DNA of 32,000 nucleotides from Allobaculum fili (GCF_020969955.1 NZ_JAHDSX010000014.1:1-32000), one strand, 5' to 3'; counted from the stretch's first letter, positions 1 through 8,367 are shown. Translations and numbers: made by a program. Notes: a model not told the origin generated them from the sequence alone.

Positions 1-222
1 TCAATAGATTTTTAGAAAAAAGTGAAAAAACTCGAATCATTCGAGATTTGACTTGAAGAGTAGAAAAAAGACCACATCACTGCTTAACGCTGATGTGGTC
101 TGAGAAATCTTAACTTAATGACATTGATGAGGCCTCAAACAAAAAAGACGATCGCTTTTAACAACTGGATCCGGAAAGATCCATTCCATCTTGTTTACGG
201 CCTTCAGACCAGGGGGACTTTC

Positions 223-1833
223 ATGAAAAAGTTTTTAATGGCGGCCCTTTCTACGGCACTTCTCATCAGTGCGGCAGGCTGCTCGAATCAAACGAAAGAA
301 GAACCAAAGGTGACCGCCCTCAGCGTAATGGATACGGTCAACTCGAAAAATATCGTAAATTCCGAAAGCGACATGCGCCTTTGGTATCAGGTGAATCCGG
401 CGCTGTTTACAGACCGGGCGACCGGGGCGGCCGGAACCATTTCCAGCATTCTTACCGATATCGAATACTTGTCGGACGGCGACATGGAGACGACTAACGA
501 TCTGAACATGAGCGGAATTCTGCTGACCAATCTCTTTGCGGTCGACGACCAGAACGCGCCAAAGGATTTTGTGACGATCGATCCCAATCTGGGAATCGAT
601 GACGATCTCTCTTCGCTTTGCAATCGCGGAGCAAGTCTGAACCTTCCGGTTATGGTTTCTCTGGAAATCGGCTATATTTCGCAGGAAAATGCGGATTTTA
701 AAGCCATGTGCGATCTTGTGAATCAGAACCCGGATCATGAAGATCTCTTCAGTCTGAACCCGGATCTTTTCGACATGTTCTTTATTGAAAAGGACCACGG
801 CGGACAGGACGGCTGGACCCAGATTGGAACAACGGCCTACTATTACCGTTCTCTGCCGCAGACATCCATTCCAAAACTCAACATGGGCAATATCAATGTC
901 CGTGTACAGCTGCAGACCGGACTGCGCCATCTGATCAATCTTGGTGTCAGTGGGTTCTACATTCCTGATTTTGATGCCGTATTCGGTGAAAACCAGGAAC
1001 AGGGCGCGGAATTCATGACCTGGATGAGCGAAAGCGTACAGGAAATGAACCCGAACGCCAAAGTCGTTTATTCGTATACAAACTGGAACGATGCGCTTGC
1101 GCCGATCCCCGCCTACAGTGCCTGCAAAGAAGGGGAAGGCGCACAGGGCATGATCGGCAAAGCCGTAACCGGTGCGATTCCAGCCAAGGATCTTGGTCTG
1201 TGGCTCGAGTCGGCGGTTAACCAGTCCAACGGAATGAACGCTTCCTTTATCAATTCCGACCAGAATTCTCTCGATCTGCTCAAAGTGAGCAGCCGCCTGC
1301 CGCAGTATAAAATGGCGCTGGCTTTGCAGATTATGACCAGCGGGCAGATCTTTATCCTTTCCGGCGATGAACTCGGCCTGACCAGTGAACAGACCGATCT
1401 GATTGTTGACGCTATTGAAATGCCGAAAGAAGACGAAGAAGAAAACACCGATTCCGAAACCAAAGGACAGGAAATCGATCTCGAATTCGCCTCGCTTTCC
1501 GAGCAGAAAGCGGACGGAAACTCGATTCTCAATTTCGTACAGCAGGCGATTAAGCTGAGAAACTCCTGGCTCGCCATTTCCGAAGGCACCACAACGTGTC
1601 TGCAGGATCTGTCCACTGATCAGGTTCTCGTTCTCGACAAGCGCCAGTCCAACTCGGAAGCGGTTCTGGTCTTCAACCTCTCTTCCAAAGAGGCGACGGT
1701 GGATCTTTCTTCCGTAAAGATCAACAGCCTGCCTGCGGAACTGGGCGGGGAACTGCTGACGGGCACTTCTCCCGTTACGCTTGAAAACAACATTCTGACT
1801 CTGCCGGCCAATTCCATGGCGCTCCTGAAATAA
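223..1833 (+). CDS. Secreted lipoprotein with GH13 (alpha-amylase superfamily)-like domain; catalytic motifs appear degenerate
   Basis: ORF 118..1833 trimmed to ATG 223, which sits 5 nt after SD AGGGGGA (211-217). N-terminus MKKFLMAALSTALLISAAGC has a signal peptide plus lipobox (AAGC). GH13-like layout: GILLTNLF..DFVTIDPNLG..LNLPVMVSLEIGY, GVSGFYIPDFD, SFINSDQNS, ILSGDELGL. Confidence 0.75.
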   Translation: MKKFLMAALSTALLISAAGCSNQTKEEPKVTALSVMDTVNSKNIVNSESDMRLWYQVNPALFTDRATGAAGTISSILTDIEYLSDGDMETTNDLNMSGILLTNLFAVDDQNAPKDFVTIDPNLGIDDDLSSLCNRGASLNLPVMVSLEIGYISQENADFKAMCDLVNQNPDHEDLFSLNPDLFDMFFIEKDHGGQDGWTQIGTTAYYYRSLPQTSIPKLNMGNINVRVQLQTGLRHLINLGVSGFYIPDFDAVFGENQEQGAEFMTWMSESVQEMNPNAKVVYSYTNWNDALAPIPAYSACKEGEGAQGMIGKAVTGAIPAKDLGLWLESAVNQSNGMNASFINSDQNSLDLLKVSSRLPQYKMALALQIMTSGQIFILSGDELGLTSEQTDLIVDAIEMPKEDEEENTDSETKGQEIDLEFASLSEQKADGNSILNFVQQAIKLRNSWLAISEGTTTCLQDLSTDQVLVLDKRQSNSEAVLVFNLSSKEATVDLSSVKINSLPAELGGELLTGTSPVTLENNILTLPANSMALLK

Positions 1834-1916
1834 AAGAGGACAGCAGGAAAACAGGCAGGAAGCCAGAAGAAATTATTCGCAGCGAAAAATCGGACCGATT
1901 TTCAAAAGGAAAGCAG

Positions 1917-1957
1917 ATGGCCAGATCGACATCGAACAGATCTGGCCATTTCTTTTG
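1917..1957 (+). terminator. Rho-independent terminator after the lipoprotein gene
   Basis: Perfect 11-bp stem ATGGCCAGATC (1917-1927) / GATCTGGCCAT (1939-1949), followed by TTCTTTTG. Confidence 0.8.
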
Positions 1958-2165
1958 TCTGCACCCATGATATGTCGGACGAACGATGATTTTTGCATAA
2001 AGATTCATCCAAATGGATGTCCATTTAAATCGTACAATTCTTAGAATCCGATTTCGTAAGGGGAAATTCGGAAAATCATGTCGGCATACGGCGGTTTGCC
2101 GTTATAATTTGACTGACATCACAGCAATTTTTTAGCTGAATACCAATGGGAAAAAGAGGGGACTT

Positions 2166-3263
2166 ATGTTATTTTTTCGAAACGATTACGGTGAAGGCTG
2201 CATAGAGCCTATTCTTGACCTGCTTAAACAGGCCAACGACGAATCCAACCCTGGATACGGCACCGATTCTTATTCCAAAAAGGCAGCCGAACTGATTCAG
2301 TCCAAACTGCCAGACGTACCTTCCGATATTCATTTCGTCGTTTCGGGTACGCTGACCAACATTGTCATGATTCGCCGCGTTCTTCGCGACTGGGAAGCCG
2401 TACTTTCGGTCGATACCGGACACATCATTGAACACGAAGCCGGCGCGATTGAAGCGATTGGTCACAAAATTATTTCTGTTCCAAATTCCAATGGAAAAAT
2501 GACCGCCTCGGTTCTGGAAAAGACCGTTGAGCGCATGCGCAAGGATCCAAACTATCTGATTGAACCAAGACTGGTCTACATTTCCAACGCGACGGAACTC
2601 GGTACCGTCTATACAAGACAGGAGCTCGAAGCGCTGAGTGCTGTCTGCAAGAAAATGGGTCTGTATCTGATGATGGACGGGGCAAGACTCGGCGCCGCAC
2701 TGATGAGCGGCATTGACTACTCTTTGAACGATATCGCCAAATGGGTCGATATTTTCTCGATTGGCGGAACGAAGAACGGTGCGCTTTTTGGAGAAGCGGT
2801 CGTTGTCGTCAATCCGGATCTGCGTCCGTATTTCCGCTACGTAGCCAAGCAGTCCGGAGCCATTTTAGCCAAGGGCTGGCTGATCGGCATGCAGTTTATC
2901 GGTCTGTTTGAAAACGACGCTTTTTACAAGAACGCGGGCTACGCCAATAAGCTGGGTGCGGAAATTCAGAACCGTGCCATTGAACTGGGCTATCCGCTGT
3001 TCATGAAGACGACGACGAACCAGATTTTCCTTGTACTCAACCGTTATCAGTTTGACTATCTGCGCGATAAAGTCGATTTTGAAATCTGGACATACTGGGA
3101 TGACAACGTAGTTATTCGTCTGGTCACCAGCTGGCATACCTCGCAGAACGATGTCAAAACGCTCTGCCAGTATCTTGAACTGGCCATGAGCCGCTCCCGC
3201 CGCAATGACGAAGCCGTTCTGGCTGCCGAAGCGCAGGAAGAAACGCCTGAAAAAAGCCTTTAA
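2166..3263 (+). CDS. Threonine aldolase / beta-eliminating lyase family PLP-dependent enzyme
   Basis: SD AGAGGGGA lies before ATG 2166. N-terminus FRNDYGEGCIEPILDLL..GYGTDSYS and the PLP-lysine context SIGGTKNGALFGEAVV are typical of the low-specificity threonine aldolase family (recalled, not searched). Confidence 0.8.
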   Translation: MLFFRNDYGEGCIEPILDLLKQANDESNPGYGTDSYSKKAAELIQSKLPDVPSDIHFVVSGTLTNIVMIRRVLRDWEAVLSVDTGHIIEHEAGAIEAIGHKIISVPNSNGKMTASVLEKTVERMRKDPNYLIEPRLVYISNATELGTVYTRQELEALSAVCKKMGLYLMMDGARLGAALMSGIDYSLNDIAKWVDIFSIGGTKNGALFGEAVVVVNPDLRPYFRYVAKQSGAILAKGWLIGMQFIGLFENDAFYKNAGYANKLGAEIQNRAIELGYPLFMKTTTNQIFLVLNRYQFDYLRDKVDFEIWTYWDDNVVIRLVTSWHTSQNDVKTLCQYLELAMSRSRRNDEAVLAAEAQEETPEKSL

Positions 3264-3326
3264 GCCGACTTTATCGAAGTAAGGTATTGCTCATCTGATT
3301 ATCAATTCATATCGCAAGTTCATCTG

Positions 3327-3361
3327 GCCGTATGGAAGCTTTTGCTTCTGTACGGCTTTTT
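3327..3361 (+). terminator. Rho-independent terminator after the aldolase gene
   Basis: 13-bp stem GCCGTATGGAAGC / GCTTCTGTACGGC (two G-U pairs), TTTT loop, then a TTTTT tract. Confidence 0.8.
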
Positions 3362-3594
3362 CCATATGTGCAGGATCTCGTTTACGTTGATACAGATTGT
3401 ACGGAAAAGCCGCACCCTGCGGCTGCGGATCCGGCTGCGTATACGATTTTCGCTCTCGGACCCGCAGCCTTTTGAACGCCAGGGAATCCCGGTTGAAGCC
3501 GAACGTTCAATCGGCTATCGTAGAAGAATCTTCTTTTTCCGACGGGCGTAAAACCGCCCGCGAAGGACCTGGCATGAAAAGATAGGAGCGGGTG

Positions 3595-4401
3595 ATGGCG
3601 ATGAAAGAAATACGAGAGTGGAGAGAGTGGGAAAACTGGCTGAATCAGGCGGAAAAAAGCGCGAACTGCGTCCTGAAAGCCGGGGTTCTGCTCATGTCTT
3701 CGGGTGCCGAGGTGTACCGCGTGGAAGAGACGATGAACCGTCTTGGCAATTCGATTCCCGGCGTCGACAGCAGCGAAAGCTACGTCATGGTTACGGGAAT
3801 TATCTGCTCGGTGGAAATGGGCGGACAGACTGTTACGCGAATGGCCCGCATTCACGACACGTCTCGAAATCTGCTGGTGGTCAGTGCGGTCAATGAACTG
3901 AGCCGAAAAGCCGAATCGCATCACTATACGTGCGATCAGCTTCTCGAAAAAATCGAAGCGATTGAACATCTTCCCGATTATTCGTCAGGCTGGAAAGCGC
4001 TGTGGGGCGCGATTGGCGCCGCGGGCTTCTCCCTGTTTTTTGGCGGCGGATTTTATGAGCTGGGCTTTGTTTTTCTGATCGGTCTGATCGTTCGCTTCTT
4101 TTCCGTCGTCTGCGAAAAGATCCACATCAACAGCTATTTCGTAAACATGTTTCTCGCCTTTCTGACCGCGATTCTGGCGGTACTGTTTCATTGCCTAGTT
4201 CCGGAAGCGTCGCAGGATATTATGATCATCTCTTCGATCATGCTGCTGGTACCGGGTCTGATGATTACCAACGCGCTGCGCGACTCGGTTATGGATGAAC
4301 CGCTCAGCGCCGTCGTCATTTTGATGCAGGCCGTACTGATCGCCTGCGCCATCGCCATCGGCGTTCTGATCGGTCTGTACGTGATGGAGGCACTGATATG
4401 A
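3595..4401 (+). CDS. Threonine/serine exporter family protein (ThrE/DUF1212-type subunit)
   Basis: SD AGGAG (3584-3588). ATG 3595 is preferred over GTG 3592 on spacing. AGVLLMSSGAEVYRVEETMNRLG is the characteristic opening of ThrE-family proteins, and the C-terminal half is hydrophobic. ATGA overlap with the next gene. Confidence 0.8.
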   Translation: MAMKEIREWREWENWLNQAEKSANCVLKAGVLLMSSGAEVYRVEETMNRLGNSIPGVDSSESYVMVTGIICSVEMGGQTVTRMARIHDTSRNLLVVSAVNELSRKAESHHYTCDQLLEKIEAIEHLPDYSSGWKALWGAIGAAGFSLFFGGGFYELGFVFLIGLIVRFFSVVCEKIHINSYFVNMFLAFLTAILAVLFHCLVPEASQDIMIISSIMLLVPGLMITNALRDSVMDEPLSAVVILMQAVLIACAIAIGVLIGLYVMEALI

Positions 4402-5129
4402 ACGAACTGTTTGTCAAATGCCTCTGGGAAGGCTTCCTGGGCGCCGGACTGGCCACAATGGGCTTTGGCGTCCTGTTCAACGTCCGCTCGAAAAATCTTC
4501 TGCTGGCCGCTTTAACGGGCGCTGCAGGCGGTGTGGTCTATATTGCTCTTTCTTCTCTGAAATGGCCGGAAGGTCTGGCCAATTTCATGGCAGCCATGGT
4601 GATCGGCACACTCGGTGAAATTTTCGCGCGCAAATGTCGGACGACGGTGACGACCTTTACGGCTCCCGCTCTCATTCCGCTCGTTCCTGGAGGAACCGCG
4701 TACGAAATGATGGTGCAGTTTGCGACCGGAGAAATCGCGACGGGCATTACCAAGCTGATCTCCATGCTATCCATATCGGGAATGCTGGCGATGGGCATTC
4801 TGGTCGTTTCCACACTCACCCGCTTTTTCTTCTATTCCAAGCGACAGGTGAAAAAAACGCATGAAAAGCTTATGCGCGTCCAGCAGCAGCTGGCCGGTCA
4901 GGGAATTCGTCCAAAGACGAATGTACGCAAATCGGCTGCAGCTCTTATAGACGACGAAAAGCCGAAGGACGCGGGCGGATCAAACCCATGCTGCCCTGTG
5001 ATTCCGGAAAATGAACTGGATCAAAATGTCTCCAATGCAAAAGAAAGGCATTTTCGGGAAGAGGATTTTCAGACATCCCAATATAAGATTCCTGAATTCA
5101 AAGACTCTTCCTCCAATTCCGACAACTGA
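4398..5129 (+). CDS. Threonine/serine exporter family protein, small membrane subunit (DUF3815-type) with a long hydrophilic C-terminal tail
   Basis: Translationally coupled (ATGA at 4398-4401) to the ThrE-type gene. The first ~145 aa are four to five hydrophobic helices (GFGVLFNV.., ALIPLVPGG). The last ~95 aa are charged and low-complexity. Confidence 0.75.
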   Translation: MNELFVKCLWEGFLGAGLATMGFGVLFNVRSKNLLLAALTGAAGGVVYIALSSLKWPEGLANFMAAMVIGTLGEIFARKCRTTVTTFTAPALIPLVPGGTAYEMMVQFATGEIATGITKLISMLSISGMLAMGILVVSTLTRFFFYSKRQVKKTHEKLMRVQQQLAGQGIRPKTNVRKSAAALIDDEKPKDAGGSNPCCPVIPENELDQNVSNAKERHFREEDFQTSQYKIPEFKDSSSNSDN

Positions 5130-5176
5130 TTTACTCCATGCAATACCACTTGCCAAGTAGCCGTCCAAAGAACGTG

Positions 5177-5210
5177 AAAAGCCGCTTCGAAACGCGTCGA
5201 AGCGGCTTTT
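5177..5210. terminator. Bidirectional rho-independent terminator between convergent genes
   Basis: AAAA-GCCGCTTCGA (5181-5190) / TCGAAGCGGC (5197-5206)-TTTT. Perfect 10-bp stem flanked by A and T tracts, placed between the + gene ending at 5129 and the - gene ending at 5229. Confidence 0.85.
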
Positions 5211-5228
5211 GACTGTTTATAGACAAGT

Positions 5229-6341
5229 TCAGCTGAGATCGAGTGGTCTGGCTTTCTGCTCTTCGCTCAGTTCCAGGTTGGAAATGTCCGTCCAGCCGAG
5301 AATGCTGTTTTTCTTGATCTGCGCCTTATGACCCCAGACGTTGACGAGATGAACGGTTTCGCCGGCATTGAGCGGCATTTCGTAGTTGGTGAAATTGCTG
5401 CCTTTGCCGTCGACGAGAAATTCATTGTCGATCCAGAAGCGGCGGTGCGCTCCCGGGGAATAGACAAGCGACTGCTTCTCGCGTTTTTCTAGAATCTGCA
5501 GCTCGGAATCCGCCCATGTGACATAATACGGCGCAAAGTTTTTCGGACGGGTCGTCCGTACGGCTTTGACCCGGTCGAGCAGATCGTCGCTGACGGTTTC
5601 CATATAGTTGCGGCTGATGATTAAAGCGTTGAGCTGTCCGGCAATTTTCACTGCGTTGCCGCCGTCGATGGAAATAATGTTTTTCTGATATTCGAGGCGT
5701 ACAGAAAAATCGGCGCGTCGATGACAGTATTCGCTGACCGGCATATGACCGACCACGACGATATGGGAAAAGTGATGATCTTCTTCCTCAAAGTGATAGC
5801 GGGTCATGACATAGCGGAAATCGTCCGCGATCGTCTCTTCGTTTTCGATGCCGGAATGGGCAAAAATGTACGTCGGGGTAATAAGCACATGCGGCAGATC
5901 GTTCAGAAAGGAAAGCTCCTCTAAAAAGCCTTTTCGAATCGTGGCCGCCCACGAATTCATATCCTGTACGTCTTCAAACGGACCAAGATTCAGCTTTGCG
6001 GCCATTTCGTGAATCAGCGATTCTTTTCGGTTGGTTAAGACCTTTCGCAAATAGTCCAGACGATAGGAATACAAAACGTTTTTGGCTACAAAATCGCAGT
6101 TTCCCATGATCGCATACACTTCCGGATACTTGGACAGTTCCATGATGTGATGCAGAATGTCGAGATTCTGTGTTCCTTTTTCTACGAGATCGCCAAGGAG
6201 AATCAGCCGGTCTTCTCCCGGTTTGTACGAGCATTTTTCGAGCAGTCGTGTAAAGAGGGTGTCGTTTCCGTGCAGATCGGAAATGACGATGGTCCGTCCG
6301 TCAAAATCGTGCAGATGACGGATTACTGGCTTGCGGTTCAT
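5229..6341 (-). CDS. Metallophosphoesterase (calcineurin-like/PPP-type fold) with an unassigned C-terminal ~120-aa domain
   Basis: ORF trimmed to the ATG at 6341, which forms an ATGA overlap with the upstream esterase stop. Motifs: VISDLHGN, LLGDLVEKG, IMGNCD, VVVGHMP. Confidence 0.85.
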   Translation of the reverse strand: MNRKPVIRHLHDFDGRTIVISDLHGNDTLFTRLLEKCSYKPGEDRLILLGDLVEKGTQNLDILHHIMELSKYPEVYAIMGNCDFVAKNVLYSYRLDYLRKVLTNRKESLIHEMAAKLNLGPFEDVQDMNSWAATIRKGFLEELSFLNDLPHVLITPTYIFAHSGIENEETIADDFRYVMTRYHFEEEDHHFSHIVVVGHMPVSEYCHRRADFSVRLEYQKNIISIDGGNAVKIAGQLNALIISRNYMETVSDDLLDRVKAVRTTRPKNFAPYYVTWADSELQILEKREKQSLVYSPGAHRRFWIDNEFLVDGKGSNFTNYEMPLNAGETVHLVNVWGHKAQIKKNSILGWTDISNLELSEEQKARPLDLS

Positions 6342-7096
6342 GAAACCAGAAACCTCAGAAAGGAATCCGCCAGACTTTCCCATTCCGCCTCATCGTGTTC
6401 GCCCAGAGGTTTGACATGAAATTCCATCCTGACGCCTTTGGAAAGCAGAATGTTGGCCAGTTCCGTCAGGCAGGCCGTTTCTCCGACGAACTCATGCGCG
6501 GTATTGCCTTCTCGTGCACCCCAGGAAAGATAGAGAGAACTCGGCGAGTGAATGTAAACCTGATCGGCACAATAGAGAAGACTCGAATCGCAGGGCAGAA
6601 CGTACGGGGACAGAGCCACGGCTTTGGAGAAAACGGACGAGCAGGTGCACAGGGCGTAAATTGCCATCAGGCCGCCGCAGGACGAGCCGCCGATCCATGT
6701 GTGCCGGCGATCCTTGCGGGCAGGGAAGTGATGGTCGACGTACGGCTTGAGCGTATGGAGAATGAAGTCCATCGTCGCATCGCCTTTTCCGTCAATGCCT
6801 CCGCCAAATTCAGCATCATAAAAATCGAAGGGCGCGTATTCGGAAAGCCGCTCATTGCCTTCGTGACTGCATTCGATCCCAACGACAATAATGTCCTCTT
6901 CAAGGGCGTACAGATGGTTGAGCAGCCGCCACGAGCGGCCGTAGGTCGCATCTTCGTCGAAGAAGAGATTGTGTCCGTCAAACATGTAAAGGACCGGATA
7001 AGTTTTGTGACTGTTCATGTAGTCATCGGGCAAATACATGTGAATAGTCACATCGCGCTCGAGACTGCTGGAATAAAGATCGTATTTAATAATCAT
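6338..7096 (-). CDS. Alpha/beta-hydrolase, putative esterase (PF00756-like: esterase D/Fes/IroE type)
   Basis: YPVLYMFDGHNLF, nucleophile elbow GGSSCGG (GxSxG), and a late His in PLGEHDE. Starts 5 nt after the ATP-grasp stop. Confidence 0.8.
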   Translation of the reverse strand: MIIKYDLYSSSLERDVTIHMYLPDDYMNSHKTYPVLYMFDGHNLFFDEDATYGRSWRLLNHLYALEEDIIVVGIECSHEGNERLSEYAPFDFYDAEFGGGIDGKGDATMDFILHTLKPYVDHHFPARKDRRHTWIGGSSCGGLMAIYALCTCSSVFSKAVALSPYVLPCDSSLLYCADQVYIHSPSSLYLSWGAREGNTAHEFVGETACLTELANILLSKGVRMEFHVKPLGEHDEAEWESLADSFLRFLVS

Positions 7097-7101
7097 GTCG
7101 G

Positions 7102-8301
7102 TTAATCGTTTTTCGCAAAGGAGTCGATGAAGAACTCATTTCGCCTTTCAGGGGTAGTAAAACGCGCTTTGATCGTTACGTCACCCATTGCGCTCGCAAA
7201 CGCAGGCGGAAGAACTTCTACGCCAATCAGTTCGCTGGCGTACTTGCTCATTAACATTTCTACCGAATTGAGATAGTTTACGCCAGTACGACGGCCGACA
7301 AAACCGGCCGAATACGGCGCGGTAAGGTCCATCTCAATCGAAGAGCCTAAAGTGACCTGCGCCCACAGACGGTAAATATCCTGATCGAACGAATAGTTGA
7401 TCAGATCCGGACAGAAGCCGCCTGGCGGTCGGAAGTTCATTTCCAGCGCGCAGAGATCGCCCTTCTTTCCAAGGCCCGGCTGATCTTCGGTCAGTTCAAA
7501 GTATTCGCCGTGGAAAAAGCGGCTCTTAATGCCGAAGGCGTCGATCACGCTCTGCGCGATTGCGGCGCGTTCTGCGGGAATAGCAAAGTTGTAGTACGTT
7601 CCGATCGAATCGTGATTCTGAACGGAGTCCATGCAGTTGGAAACGTAGGACATGCCGCAAAGAAAGCGGATCTTTCCGTTCTTGTCGGCCAGACCGTCAA
7701 GGGTTGTAACATTGCCGGCGACAAACTGCTCGAGAATCATCTGCATCGACAGATGTTCGGCTTCCTGCCAGTAGCGTTCGAGCTCTTCCGGATTATGGAT
7801 GTGCCAGGTATAGCTGGCGCCGACGCCATGATCCGGTTTTAAAACCAGATTGTACCCGTGTACCTCAGCAAAGCCGACCGCTTCTTCATAGGAAGTCGGC
7901 AGGATGTAGGGCGCCGTAGGGATGCCGGCTTTTTCGTAATACGCCTTCATGGCGGCCTTGGACTGGAATTCTTCAACCTGTGCCAGACTGAAGCCGGATT
8001 TCACGTTGAAATCGTCGCGCAGTCTTGCGTCCAGATCGAGCCAGGCTTCGTTGTTGGATTCGATCCAGTCGGGCTTGCCGTACTTGCAGGCGAAATAGGC
8101 GACGCCTTTGTACACTTCCGAATAGTTGTGAAAGGAAGAGACGCGATAGCACTCGTCCATGTACGCCTTGAGTTCCGGCTTGAGCGAATCGTAGTCCGTA
8201 TCGATAATGCCAAGAACGCGAGCGCCCATTTCTTTCAGGCCCCGGCAGAACATCCAGTAGCTTTCCGGGTAGTTGGGGGAGATGAAAATAAAGTTTTCCA
8301 A
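7102..8301 (-). CDS. ATP-grasp domain ligase (carboxylate-amine/L-amino-acid-ligase-like), substrate unknown
   Basis: TTG start at 8301, 8 nt after SD AGGAG (minus strand). ATP-grasp motifs: NLVLKPDHGVGAS, MILEQFVAG, CALEMNFRPPGG. Has an N-terminal Rossmann-like pre-ATP-grasp domain. Confidence 0.85.
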   Translation of the reverse strand: MENFIFISPNYPESYWMFCRGLKEMGARVLGIIDTDYDSLKPELKAYMDECYRVSSFHNYSEVYKGVAYFACKYGKPDWIESNNEAWLDLDARLRDDFNVKSGFSLAQVEEFQSKAAMKAYYEKAGIPTAPYILPTSYEEAVGFAEVHGYNLVLKPDHGVGASYTWHIHNPEELERYWQEAEHLSMQMILEQFVAGNVTTLDGLADKNGKIRFLCGMSYVSNCMDSVQNHDSIGTYYNFAIPAERAAIAQSVIDAFGIKSRFFHGEYFELTEDQPGLGKKGDLCALEMNFRPPGGFCPDLINYSFDQDIYRLWAQVTLGSSIEMDLTAPYSAGFVGRRTGVNYLNSVEMLMSKYASELIGVEVLPPAFASAMGDVTIKARFTTPERRNEFFIDSFAKND

Positions 8302-8367
8302 ACAGGGTTCTCCTCTCTTGTTCTCTCTTTTCTTAATCTTTCTTGTCTGATTTCTATATTGCCTTGG

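Noticed and set aside
118-222. Upstream extensions offered by the ORF track for several genes: 118 for the lipoprotein, 12707 for rsmE, 18333 for the AMMECR1 fusion, 28893 for dxs, 23289 for the TtcA-like gene, 6383 for the phosphoesterase, and 25309 for asp23.
   Set aside because: - Internal ATGs are preceded by good SD sequences or form ATGA couplings.
- They match the conserved family N-termini.
- The extensions are non-conserved-looking and overlap upstream genes or terminators.
3342-3585. ORFs of 69 aa (3342..3551) and 62 aa (3397..3585) in the aldolase-ThrE intergenic region.
   Set aside because: - The sequences are Arg-rich and repetitive (LRLRIRLRIRF), arising from CTGCGG-type repeats.
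- They have no SD and overlap the terminator.
- The region fits a structured RNA leader better.
3362-3594. Tried to identify the ThrE leader as a T-box or a glycine riboswitch.
   Set aside because: - I could not find the T-box consensus (..GGGTGGTACCGCG..).
- I could not find the glycine aptamer cores (GGAGAG .. ACCGAAGGGGCAA).
- I therefore kept it only as an unclassified structured leader.
7997-8013. parS-like palindrome GATTTCA-CGT-TGAAATC inside the ATP-grasp gene.
   Set aside because: - It differs from the 16-bp parS consensus (TGTTNCACGTGAAACA) by an extra base and in the outer positions.
- It lies within a CDS.
- It is probably coincidental.
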